Source: Selaginella moellendorffii
Lineage: Eukaryota; Plantae; Lycopodiophyta
Length of the DNA: 64,000 nucleotides
Assembly (NCBI RefSeq): GCF_000143415.4
Contig: NW_003314367.1
Location: forward strand, 186,001 to 250,000
Direction: 5' to 3'
The first letter of the stretch is position 1. Each line of letters starts with the position of its first letter. Below are positions 25,008 to 39,516 of this stretch, piece after piece. Both the position numbers and the translations under genes were made by a program. The notes under the pieces are model-generated. The model saw nothing but the letters and a program-made list of their open reading frames with translations, was not told where the DNA came from and did not search any database.

Positions 25008-26616
25008 TCAAGATTCGTATGTGCTTGAGAGCAGCACGTAACAGGACGAGTTCGTTTCATCCAACTTCTGTACTTGTTGAGCAAGCTCATCTGCATTCAG
25101 CTTCGTTTGGTTATTCCCATGAGTCTTGTATGCGCTAAGAAGCTGAGTCCAAGCAACGGGACTAGGATGGAAGGGCATGTTGTGAATCAAATCCTGAGCT
25201 TCAGCCAGCCTTCCTGCTCTTCCCAGATGATCGGCGATGCAGATGTAATGCTCAGCCATGGGATCAACACCATAGTCGTTTCTCAAGCTCACAAAATACG
25301 TCCACCCGTCTTTCAGCTCCCAGTGACAACAAGACGAAAGCACCGCGATGGAGGTGATTCCATCCGGTTCAACTCCATCCAAACCCATCTCCTTGAAGAG
25401 ATCCAGAGCTAGCAGGCCATGACCACTCTCTGGATATGCAGATATCATCGCACTCCAAGACACCGTGCGTCTTTCAGGCATCGCATCGAAGATCCGACGA
25501 GCCTCCTCCAGACTGCCGCACTTCCCATACATTGTCAGGATCGACGTCGAAACCGGCTCCAACGCGCTGAATCCGGCGGGGACGGCTTCGGCGTGGATCA
25601 GCTTCCCGACTCTGAGCAACGAGACCGTTGCACAGGCGTCGAAGATCGTAACGAAGGTGATCTCGTTGGGTTGCAAGCCTTCAAGATCCATCTTTCGAAA
25701 CAACGCGATGGCCTGCTGATTATGCCCGTTGTGCGAATACGCCGGAATCGTAACGTGCCAGGAAACCACATCTCTGCAAGGCATCTGATTCAAGACATCC
25801 ACAGCTTGATCAACCAGTCCGTTCTGAGCATAGGCTGTGACCATTGAGTTCCAGGTCACGACATCCCTCTCAGGCATCTTTTCAAACAACACCCTTGCCT
25901 CACGTAAATGACCGTTTTGCGCATACGCTCTAACGATCGTCGTCCACGATACGACATTCTTCTCCGGCATCGCATCAAACACCATCCTCGCAAGTCCCAA
26001 ATCGCCCTCCGAAGCGTACGCAGCTACGATCGTGTTCCTGGCGATGAGATTCTGCTGAGGCATTCCGTCAAACAAAACCTTTGCTCGAGCGGTGTCGCCA
26101 TTTTGAGCATACGCGGAGATCATCAGCGACCACGAAACCAGATCTCTCCTCGGCATCTCTTCGAACAATGTCTCGGCCTCGCGAAAACGCTTCGTGTGAG
26201 CGTAACCAGATATCATCACATTCCAACAGATCCTCAGCCTCTTCACTGTAGGCTTCCAGCATTGTCGTCCAGGAAACCACATTCTTGATCGGCATCTTGC
26301 CGAAAAAAATCCTCGCTTGCAGCAACTGACCATTCTCTGTATATGTACGGATCGTGATGTTCCAAGTGAACGCATTAGGCTGTTTAACACTATCGAACAC
26401 GTCGCGAGCATCAGGCAAACTCCCGCATTTCCCGTACATCTGAACGAGCAGATTGCAGAGGACTGTGTTGTTTGTTTGCCAGGACGCATGGATCTCTCTG
26501 TGAAGTTGTTTCCCTCTGGCTAAGTCTCTGGTAAGAGCGCAGGATTTCAGCAGCGAGACGTACAGAGCTGGGCTGATGGTGGTGCTAGAAACGCACATCT
26601 CTGTCAACTGAATCAT
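25008..26616 (-). pseudogene. PLS-class PPR gene with E-domain region, frameshifted
   Basis: MYGKCGSL..A..FD and repeated RDVVSW/KNVVSW motifs, HYICIADHLGRAGRL..MPF.P..AW..LLSA, SSCYVLLSS. Frameshift and deletion near 26230-26250. Confidence 0.88.
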
Positions 26617-26649
26617 CGATCTTATACAGCGCTAGCCTACAGCTTCTAT

Positions 26650-27338
26650 CTAAACTGGTTTTGCGACTTCCATATCAACAATCCGGCTTGTTTCGTCAGT
26701 GCTCGTCTTCTTCTTCGGTTTCTTCATGCCGCTCATGTAGACGGACAAGTAGGCAATGCTGAGCAGCAAAGTGACGAGTGTAAAAGCAGCACCCACAACA
26801 CTCACGCCTTGCAGAACAGTGCTGCAACCAGATTCTTCAAACCTTTCCACTTGATAACTGCTGAGGCTGACCGCCGTGTTCAAGAAGATCTCAGCGATCA
26901 CGAAAGAGATCCTGCCATTACCACAAAAGTTGATCTTTTAAATAAATGATTTGTTGTTTTTTTTCTTTTGCTGAAAATACCAGGAAAGAGTGAGGAGGAT
27001 AATTGCAGCGATCTTGCGTCCGTGTCGATGAAGCGACGAAGAACAGCAAGTGCATTTTGTGGCGGCTGTGGCGGTGATTTGGCCAAGAAGCAAACACACG
27101 GCAGCTCCGATAGCTGATCCGCTTGCTACCCCTCCTCTCTTGGGAGTGCATCTGATTCTGGTGTGATCAGATGAAATCTCGTCTTGAATGGTTTCCTACA
27201 GTCAGAAAACGTGAATTCAAGGGCGACGTGAAGGCGGCTTACATGATAACTTGTGGACGAAGAACCGACTGAAAGGCCGAACGCGAGGAGATCCAACGCT
27301 AATGTAAATGCAGCAGCGGGATAAAGAGATAACCTCAT
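26650..27338 (-). CDS. DUF1218-family multi-pass membrane protein (3 exons), apparently intact copy
   Basis: Exon 1 MRLSLYPAAAFTLALDLLAFGLSVG; exon 2 ..CIPKRGGVASGSAIGAAVCLLLGQITATAATKCTCCS..IILLTLSW; exon 3 ISFVIAEIFL..CSTVLQGVSVVGAAFTLVTLLLSIAY; GT-AG junctions. Confidence 0.72.
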
Positions 27339-27783
27339 TGAAACTCTTGCAACTGGGAATGAATCAATTGAAGCAGAAGCAGAGTAAAGGGAGACATTGT
27401 CGGTGAAGTTAAGCAACGTGAGTTAGTATTTAACATATAATTAACAAAATGTTCGCAAAACACATTACGTAAAACCTATTCTATGAAAATAGTCAACTCT
27501 ATGTTTTGTTACATTCCACTGAGGAATGTTGTCACGAAGAGTGGCGGTCAAGCTATGTTTCTATCTTCCTCCTGCCGAGTGTATGGGGAATTCTAATCGG
27601 TACATAATATTCTTTTCCATACAAAGAATATTCTGGTGCGGGTTCTAACACAAAATGGAAGAGGAGGTAAATAACGCTATGTACGCTATGTATTTATTTA
27701 TCTTTAATAATAAGTTAAATATGTATAATAATAAATAAAGTTGTGTTTATTTATGGAATATGTCAAATTTATAAAAATATTCA

Positions 27784-30265
<2,482 letters not shown>

Positions 30266-30385
30266 TGTCACGTGGACTCATTTCTGGTACCACGTGTTGC
30301 GACCCACGTCGGAGCTTCTATTTTACCAACTTTCGAGCTCAGATTATTAGACTTTAGGTTTATCACATTTTAGGGGTTGGCGGCT

Positions 30386-31618
30386 ATGGCGGCTGAAGCG
30401 GTGAGGGAGCTGAAGAAATCGCTCAACGACGACGAGGGTTTCTTTGATAGGCACGAAGAGATGACTGATCTGCTCACACAGATTGAGGGAGGCCTCAACC
30501 GCATCGCTGTAGTGATAGGCCCCAACGATTCAGGCAAGTCCGCTCTACTCAAGCAGCTCAGGAAGATGTGGGATGCCAGCCCTCTACTGAAAGCCCAGTT
30601 GCCGCTCTTCTACGTCGACATTGCAGACTTCAGTTCCCCGGAGCAGGCTGCTGCAGAGATTGCAAGACAGATGCGAACTTGGGCTTCTTGGCTCAAAGAT
30701 GTGACGATCGGAGGTATCAGTGTCGATCTGAAGAAGCTGACATTCAAGGGCGTAAACCATGATGCATCGAGCTTTCTAGAGCTGTTAAAAGCGGAGCCAG
30801 TGACGGACTTGGGCTCTGTCATGAGTTGGTTTATGAGCCTGGCAGCTGAAAACCAGCATAGGAGGCCAATTTTTGTCATCGATGAAGTTGACAGGTTGAA
30901 GCAGTGGTCTGACCAGGATGTAGGCACCCTCCTGGGATGTTTCATAGCCATGACCAAGCAGGACCGGACTGCTATGGTGATTATGTCCACCTCCGACGAC
31001 CTTTTTCGGCAGTGGTTCCAGAGTCATACAAACGTTCAACAGTGGAAGCCAGTTGCTGTGGGGCACTTTGGTGAAAAGAATGCAAAGGCATTCCTGTCAA
31101 GCCTCGTTGCCAAGTATATAGCAGCAGGTGCTACAGCTCCCGACTCGTGGTCGGAGCAGATGGTGTATGAAATCTGTGGCGGCTGTCCTTTAACACTTGA
31201 GAACTGTGTGATCGATGTGTTCGAGGAGGGAAGCAGCATGGAGGTGGTTCTCAAAGACATGGTGGTGGCAGAGCTGCCCAAGATTCTCCTGGGACTGGAG
31301 CATGGTCATGGCTGGGAAGAGGCTAACTTCAGGGAGGTGATGAAGCTCATTGTGGCGCATGGTGTAGTTGGGCTGTCAAAGATTTGCCGTTGTATCTTCA
31401 AGTCGGACATCTCGGAGTGCCAGCGGCAGATCAAAGCGATGCTCTCCTTCAATGTGATACATGTTCGTTACATGCCGAGGGGACTGGTTTATGATGATCT
31501 TCGAGACTTTGACAGGGGGCCTGCCATGAACTGTGATTTCGTCATGGCAAGGTCGCCTACCCACCATGTGGCTATGAAAATGTTTTGTGATGGTGTGTTT
31601 GACAAACCAGACGAATAG
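30386..31618 (+). CDS. Intronless STAND-class P-loop ATPase (ATPase_2/'archaeal ATPase'-like), 410 aa, only intact copy
   Basis: FFDRHEE N-motif, Walker A IGPNDSGKS, Walker B PIFVIDEVD, sensor strand MVIMSTSD, STAND GxP motif ICGGCP, winged-helix-like C-terminus; uninterrupted ORF. Confidence 0.85.
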   Translation: MAAEAVRELKKSLNDDEGFFDRHEEMTDLLTQIEGGLNRIAVVIGPNDSGKSALLKQLRKMWDASPLLKAQLPLFYVDIADFSSPEQAAAEIARQMRTWASWLKDVTIGGISVDLKKLTFKGVNHDASSFLELLKAEPVTDLGSVMSWFMSLAAENQHRRPIFVIDEVDRLKQWSDQDVGTLLGCFIAMTKQDRTAMVIMSTSDDLFRQWFQSHTNVQQWKPVAVGHFGEKNAKAFLSSLVAKYIAAGATAPDSWSEQMVYEICGGCPLTLENCVIDVFEEGSSMEVVLKDMVVAELPKILLGLEHGHGWEEANFREVMKLIVAHGVVGLSKICRCIFKSDISECQRQIKAMLSFNVIHVRYMPRGLVYDDLRDFDRGPAMNCDFVMARSPTHHVAMKMFCDGVFDKPDE

Positions 31619-31644
31619 AAACTGACCATTATCCTTAATATTAA

Positions 31645-32481
31645 TTAATATAGAAATGTTTTGCAACCTGTGATAAGCTTCGTTTCCATCCTGCAAGGAT
31701 CCCCGTGAATGTACATCCACAGCAGCAGCGCATGCCTTTCCGTCACAGCCTTGAGTTCCTTCTTAAAAGAATGCTTCGACTTGAAGAAGACGGGGCCCTG
31801 TGCTAAGGGGGGCATTTTGATCCGGACTTGCGTGACCAGCGCTTCCAGCAGTGATCTTCTGTCACCAAAGCTGAGCCTACCGAAACAAGCACCAGACCTG
31901 CTTTCTGATCTTCTCGAGCTGCACTCGTCGCCATCGCTGTTCTCCGCCATCAAACCCACGAGTGTGCTGTCTGGACTGATTGGCAAACGCTGCTTCTGCT
32001 CGGTGAGGTCCAGTAAGAGAACGTTGCAGTTGTTGCTCCTGGCGGCTTCAAATCTCCCGAGATAGCAGTAGTCGTCCCTGTCCCTTCCGTGGAGGAAAAA
32101 CGCTAGAGATCCGTCAGGAAGGCCGAAGATCTCAAACACCGGAGCCAGAGCAACCCGCAATCCATTCCTCGAGCCCCCACCGAAAGAAATCCCCAAGTGA
32201 CATAGAATAAGTTCCCCAGCTCCGGATTCTGATGCACCCAAATACCCACCAGATTCCTGACCCCGTTGATGAATCTGAACAGCGCCTTCTGCGACTGCAG
32301 CCCATTCCTCCAAGTACCAGCCTTGGCACTGCGGGAACCAGAGCTTATCAGAGCTGCAGACGTCTCGAAGCTTGCAAGAAGTGGCGCTGAGGTTGCAGAG
32401 ATCTCTGTGACAGACGCGGCTGGATATCAACCCGAACACATCGTCCGGAAGATCAGTCAACAAGCCGTCGTGATCTTCCAT
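31645..32481 (-). pseudogene. F-box protein (At5g39450-like) fragment, frameshifted and truncated
   Basis: F-box LTDLPDDVFGLISSRVCHRDLCNLSATSCKL..LW. The conserved GIWVHQNPELGNL..WGFLS lies in another frame. PVFEI..DGS..FFLHGR follows; C-terminus missing. Confidence 0.75.
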
Positions 32482-32864
32482 CAAGGAAAAAAACAAGCTC
32501 CTCGATCACGCATCAGAGGTAACATTATCAGAGGTAACAGCAGCGACAGGAACAGCCAGCCACCAAGCCAACTCCATTCGGAAATAAACTGTTACAGAGA
32601 ATCCTCGAAAAGCGCACAAATATCACATGTTCCTCTACCATACAAAGCAATTGAACCCAGTGACTATCGGCAGCTCCAAAGGGTCTCATCCACCTACAAG
32701 AAAGTACCAATTAGACACTGCCAGGCCACGCTCATGTCTATGTTCTTGCCCGGAAAAAGACTTACTATCAGAAGCTCACGACATATAAGCCTTTTTATTT
32801 CCGAAGATCCGAATCAGAAAAAAAATTCCTGAGAAAAAAGAGAACAGTTCGTCGTTTCTATGAA

Positions 32865-33301
32865 TCACTGAACCAGCAGCAGCGCCACTTTGCGTTTTGG
32901 ACACGACCTGATCAAGCCATCGAAACCCTGATCCAGTATTTTAAAAGCCGCACAAAATCTAGATCTGACAAATGCTTACCTGATAGAGGGATGTGGAACA
33001 GTCGACCATGACTTGGTTGTGGGCTGCTATAACATCCTCCTTCACTGTGTCGTGAAGTGCCTGGAGGTCCTCCTTGATTGCAGCACGGATAGCCGCAACA
33101 TTCACTGCTCTAGCCATGCTCAGTCCTCTCCTCCTTCAATGCACCATGTAACACTTGCAAATCCTCCCTCACTACCACACGAATGGATCCCATTCCTGCA
33201 CGCATGGCAGATGCTAACACCAGCACACAAGCTATGGTCACAATGCACAGCACATTGATCGCAATGGTGCTAACAAACACCATGGCAATCAAAAATTCCA
33301 T
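32865..33301 (-). pseudogene. Family E subtype 1 copy, disrupted
   Basis: MEFLIAMVFVSTIAINVLC..REDLQVLHGALKEE then stop/frameshift; same exon 2 as the 18229 copy. Confidence 0.65.
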
Positions 33302-33740
33302 CGTTAGTGTCCGTAACAACAAAATCAAGCTTTGCAGTAGTGAGATCGAAATCAAAGTTTGCAACAGCTATGCAAGACGCAAATGATGCTTACCAGAATT
33401 TCGAGCCACCCAAGCGGCCCTTTTGAAATAAAGGCGATGTTACGTACAATGGGCCATAGCCACTTTCTTAGTGGGCCGCCGTTCGTACAGTGGTCTGGCG
33501 GGAATTCGAGTTCCTTGTGCCACGATCAGTGGATTCTCGCGATTTCTATCAGTACGCGGGCTCGATGACAAGAGGAGGAAGAGAAGGATGGCGCTCCATC
33601 TCCCCGACTTCTTTCGTCCTCATGGTTTTCCAGGTATAAAAAGATTGAGAGTGATCCTCGGACTGATAATGTAGATGGATGTGTAAGGAATATGTTTCTT
33701 TTCTTCGTTAACTAAGACCTCGAGAAAATTTTTACAAAGC

Positions 33741-36700
33741 TCACATTTGCAGTGCCTCAGAGAAGCGTTCTCTCAGCCGCTCCACCTTGAGCACCGACGA
33801 ATGCTGTTTCCCAAAATATGTCCGGAAGTTGTCGATCAGTATCCTAAGATCGTGTGACACTGCCATCACGCTACGATAATAGTTGTTCTCCAGCCGCTCG
33901 CGAATCACGTCCATGGAGATTGGCAGCGCAATCCTGCATTGTTTGAAAACCTTTAGCTTCTTTCTCAATCGCAAGAGATTTTTCCAACTTGCCTGTCAAG
34001 AAAATCCGGCTTGCTCACGGCCTGCTGCAACCTCCACAAGCCATACTCGTCCTGTGAAAAGCAAAAGCTCGTCAACCCAAGACCAAAACCGAAACATTCC
34101 TCGAGTCTATGATCGATCGCACAAAAACAAACCTTGGATTGGTTCGAGTGGAGCACCTCGTCCACAATGTCGAGCAGCTCACGCACCTTGTCCTGCTCGA
34201 TCTGTGGCGACTCCCAAGTTAAAGGATTCTCAACGTCGTGAAGCTCCCAGGGGCAGTGGTTCGTCGTCGATGGCTCGTCCTTGTACAGCACACTGATGCT
34301 GTCCCAGGGGCTGTTTGGAAACTCGGGCGACTTTCCCTTCACCTGAGTTATCGTCCCTTCCCACCAGCGACCACCTTCTTCCTCGTCCGACCTCCACCAC
34401 ACTTGGCACTTGTCCCGACTGGATCACTTCCTGGCCATGGAGGCCTCGTAGCGGCTTCTCTCCACTATAAAGTCGGCGAAGTCTGTCAACTCCGGCAAGT
34501 CGACACTGAAGCTGCTGCCGCGAATCCTGTACCCGTCCATGAACTTGAGAGTCAGCCGGCAACAAGTGTTCCCCGACACTTCGAGAATGATGTACTCCAG
34601 TCCGGTGATCTCGCAGAACTCGACCGCTTGCAGTTCCCTTTTCACGCTTCTCCAGGGACCATCGTCGTCGAGCCGCTTGTTGTCTAAGTAGTCTTGATGT
34701 CCCTGCGATCGACAGTTTCAATTCAAACATAATTCAAGACAAGCTCGTTGGATCTCTTACCTGTCGGAAGTACACCACCTCATCATCATACTGTGGGATG
34801 TAGCGCGTCCGCTCCACCTCTGTCAAGAGTAACCAGGACACGTTGCTCGGACTCCGATGCACCGTGCTGAGGTTTCTCCTCGCGTGGAAATCCTTGTACC
34901 TCGACCCAACGTTCTTCTGCAGCTTCACTTTCAGTCTGCTCGAAGTTCTTCTTTCGGGCTTTCGGCGTCCATCGTCGTCGCTGCTTCTATCCCAGTCCGA
35001 GTCGTCGTAAGACGAGCTAGCTTCCCAGTGTGAAGGACGGCGACGTTTCTCCTGCTTCTTGTGGACCTGCTGTTGGAGAGACTAACCACGCGACCCTGCG
35101 CCAGCCGTGTACTTCTCCTGCGGCCACCTGAAGCGTGCTCGTCGGCCTCATAACACTCGGTCTTAGTCGCAACTTTGCGAGGCCTTCTCCTTGAGTAGAC
35201 GGCCTTGTTCATATTGCGCTTCATTTGTATATCGTCCACGTCCAGGTCCTCACTTGCCTGCTCTTCCTCGGGCTTGTAAGCATCCTCCAGCGACTCACTG
35301 TTACTGCCTGGTGAAACCTCTTCGTGGTAATCAGGGTCATTGTCAGCATCTGGAGCTTCTCCATTCTGTAAGGACTCGTTGCTCATAAGAGTGTGATTCT
35401 GCTCTCGTCTCTGCTGTTCGTCAAGGTAGTCAGCTGAAAGAGACTTCTCCGACTCGGACTCGCTAATGATCGCCCTTGCCACCACCTTTGTGTCTCCATT
35501 TTCTACACGAGTCGCTTCAAGGCCTTTCTTGGTATCACAAGGAACGTCTACCAGTTTATCCTCTTCGGAGCTGCTGCTGCTGTGATAAGGCATGCCAGCA
35601 CGCTTGGCTGCTTTCCCCTTCTTCCATATGTATCCCTGTTTGTCGTCAGACGAAACAGCTTCAGTGGGATTCTCGTCCGCGATAAAACCATCTGTTTCTG
35701 GATGACTGTCATTAGCCTCGGCCACGGGGACCTTAGAAGTGCCTTGTTCTGGTATTTCGAGGCTCCGAAAAGTATCCTCGTTGTTGGACGTTTGTGCACA
35801 GTTTCTCAACTTGAGTACTAACTTTCGCTGAGACCTTGGCCGCCTGCATTCACCCACGTCCGAAGTCTCTGCGGGACTCTTCTTCGGAGGTTCATCGTCT
35901 TCACGTTCCTGAGTTTTTGTAAGAACTTTCCCGTTGCGTAGAAGCCTCTGGTTCTCGTTCTCTCCAGATGTACCAGGTCTTTTGGCATCCTCAGCGGCCA
36001 GGTGGCGTGCTCCGTCGTCTTCGTACTCATGTAAGCTCGAAAACATGGTCAAGGCATTCCGAGCTGCCATCCTCATAGGCCTCAATGCATGGTCCGTGTT
36101 TGACTTTCTTATCAGACCTCAATATAGACTTTAGTTTCCTCATCGGCATCAAAAGTGCATTGTATGACTCCTCCAAGCGCCAGCGCTTTTGCTTCCTGAC
36201 CAAGGTCGCAAGTATCTGTAATGGATTATCAGAAACACAAAAACTTCACGTACATACCTTTCTCCTTCTTCGGGTACGAACCACTTCAGAATCTAATTCG
36301 TCATTTTCTTTGTCGGTTGTTTCCGATTCACAGATCGTACCACTTTCTTCATTTCCATCCTCGTCACTCAAGAAACTGGGATAAAGAAGTCACCGGCTTG
36401 AGTGACGAGTCTGGTTCTGACTACTGCGCGAGCGAAGAAAGCTCTCCGCCGGTTGTTCTACCCATCTGTTGCCTTGCTCGTTTGTTTGCTCAATCGCTTG
36501 CAGAGAAGAAACTGAGGCTTATCCTGAGGAATGAAAGCTGGATCATCAAACGTTCCCACTGCGAGCTGAACTGATGGTGGTTGCCAGTAGCAACCTAGGA
36601 GTCCCAGACGACGTTGCTGGTACGAGCTTTGATAAGGTTCTGGATAGGGAATCAAGCCTGAAAATGAAACAGAAAAATAAGTTGGCCGAGGTAAGAAGTC

Positions 36701-38570
36701 ACCAGCTTACTTGCATCGCACAAGAGATCTTGAAGATTCCTTTGATGAGGAGGCAACCGAGTTTCCTGTTAAAGAAAGACATTCAGTTCGCACAAGAATA
36801 ATACCGGACAGGAACAACACTCAGGACTAAAACTAAATAAAAGCACTTACATCATTTTATTTACCTGATCGAGAACGTTTCCAGAAAAAACAAAAATAAT
36901 AAATAATAAATGCAAAAACAAGAAGCTATTGGATGAAAGATAAAAAGCAAAATCTTCCTGATACCTGATCGTATTACGCACCTTCGTCGTCTTGACTACC
37001 AACGAGGTTCCATCCCTGAAAATTAGCAAACGTGAAATCCAGGATAAATGGATATGAGAGCAAGCATACGGTGAAAATTGTCATCGACAAGATTATAATC
37101 TCCAGTCTCATATGTTCTTACTGGATGGCCCTGCCAGATCTAAAACAATCAAGTGAAATTCGTCATCATTCTTTTGAGCGAACACACTTACATCCCAGAC
37201 AGTATCTCTGCCATCGTAGCCCGGACTCATTGCAATATGAGGATTGCATGGATGTACATCTGGCACGTAAGTCTCGGCAATCTGCACATCCATGTTATTC
37301 CATGAGAGCCCCATAAGATGTCTTTACCTTGTCATCCTTGAAAAAGTCGACGGAAGAAACTTTGATTGGCTCTGCACAACCACTGGAACAAAGGACGATT
37401 GATGTCAACAAAGACGCGAACCTGAACTGCACGTAGTTAACTTCTTGCGCCCCAAACCTGTTCAAACAATTGCTAGAAATATAAACAGTCCACTTTTAAT
37501 GCTTACCCTGGCAAGCTTGTCCGAATTCCCAGTGACGAAATATGATCCATCTGCATTAAACACACAGAACTGAATCTGATTCGTATCCTGTGCTCCATTC
37601 TCAGCTCCTGCAGCTGGAAACAAGCTTTTAGAAGACCAAAAAAACATCGGCAGACTCTTTACATTCGGGCTCGACATCCGGCTTCGGCATGTAGACACGT
37701 GAATTGACAGAGGTTCCGTCTTAAACTTGATGGCCGTTACGTGGTCACGAAGTGTTGCAACCGGAACACCATCTGGTAATCCCCACTAAAGGCAGAAGCA
37801 AAACGAATCAAAACAAAAAAACAGGAGGAATCGTTAGAAGCTGATGCAACTAAAGTGTTCGAACTACTTACAGACAAATCGGCTATCTCCCACAAAAAAG
37901 CCAGGTTTTTAAGCACAGTAATCGAAACCAGCCAGCCAGCCAGGTTCTTGCATAGTCCAAACCTCCGCAGCTACGAAGGCGAAGCCTATTTTCTACTGCG
38001 ATGCATTGCAAATCCACCACCAAGTTCGAGAGCATGAACTTGGTCAGCTTGCCAATGCATTGGTCTATTCGCTTCGTAGAGATACTTGTAGCATTTCTTT
38101 GCTCCGCTGCCAGTGGTTTGCTCGGATCAGCAACGGCAAGATTCGAAAAGATTCGAAAAGACAAGGCTTACATTCCAAAAGCGAGAATGCTCCTGATCCC
38201 GAAAGGGGAGGAACGTCTGCTTGGGAACTTTCGCATCACGCGAACAAGCAGTTGCTGCAAGAGCTTGTTGTCAACGTTCTTACACCTGCAAATCATCTCC
38301 TTGTCAACATGGAAAACCAATAAATGATTTCGCGACACACAGTACCTCGGCAACTTGCGCGTCGCGGAGTGGGAACGACAAACATCGTCATTTTCATCAG
38401 CGGTGGGCGTCCCATTCCTGGAGAAAAATTCATGGTACCTCCGGGGCAAGAACTTGTGCTGTAGGAACTCGTTCCAGAGCTGGCCAGTGGCTCTCTCGCA
38501 AGGGCCGCGACTCAGGAAATGCATGATAAGGAAATGGAGATCACCTCGATCTCCTCGTTCAGCTCTCCAT
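33741..38570 (-). pseudogene. WD40-bromodomain (PHIP/BRWD-like) pseudogene, most complete copy
   Basis: N-terminal FLIMHFLSRGPC, partial WD40 exons (DVHPCNPHIAMSPGYDG), IPYPEPYQSSYQQRRLG, acidic linker, RYIPQYDDEVVYFRQ, bromodomain; frameshifts and missing WD exons. Confidence 0.9.
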
Positions 38571-38909
38571 GTTTCAGGTCCGGTGAGTCTGCACGAGCCG
38601 TCAGCTAAGCTGCATGAACCCGTTGAAGACAGAAGCTTGAAAGCTTTGATTGAATCGTGTTCCATTATCACACAAAGCAATTGAAGTGTACCCAGTGAAA
38701 TCCGGGTCTGCTGAATGAATAGTTCACCTACAAGAAAGTACTATTAGACACTGCCAAGCCACGTCCATGTCTATGTTCTTGCCCGGAAATGACTTACTAT
38801 CAGAAGCTCAAGACATGAGTCATTTTATTTCGAGAAAACGAAGATCCGAATCAGAAGCTTTTTCCCTGTCGAAAAACAAAATAGTTTTGTCGAGCTTTCT
38901 ATGAATCAA

Positions 38910-39340
38910 CTACCGATCACTGAACATGGTCAGCAGCAGCAGCGCCACTTCTGTGCGGTTTGCACACCACTGGATGATGAAATAATTTCAAGATTCGCAC
39001 AAGTCAGAACTTCACAAATGCTTACCGGATTAGCTTGGCCCTGGGCTGCCTCAGCTCGCAGAGCATCTCGCAGCATCCTCAGTTCCTCCCTCAAGGCACC
39101 AAAATCCTGTATCACCTGCCTGAGGCTGGGAAGGTCCGCCTTGAGAACTCCACGGAGAGCCTGCAGATCCTCCTTGAGAGCTCCACGGAGAGCCTGTAGA
39201 TCCTCCTTCGCTGCTCCCCTGGTTGAAGAAGCCATGGTGATGACGCTCTTGGTGAGGAGGTTGATGATGAGCATGGTTGCAATGCAAGTTGCCGCAATGA
39301 CAACACAAGCACCCGCGACCGCCACAATCACAACATCCAT
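38910..39340 (-). CDS. Family E subtype 2 copy, near-identical to 22503-22937
   Basis: Same TM and KEDLQALRGAL repeats; small deletion downstream of the donor. Confidence 0.55.
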
Positions 39341-39516
39341 GGAAGCTGCGGAGACGACGAACCCTAGATTTTACATGGAGGGTTGCTCACACTAACCCTG
39401 GCTATGGCCTTCCGCGCGATTAATAATCTGAGCTCGAGAGTTGGTAAAATAGAAGTTCCGAGTCGGAACGTAGGTCGAGGCTTCTTGAGAGGGCAGCCGG
39501 TACCAGAAATGGGTCT

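Noticed and set aside
31645-32496. 283-aa ORF as an intact F-box gene
   Set aside because: The conserved GIWVHQNPELGN block is out of frame and the C-terminal half is absent.
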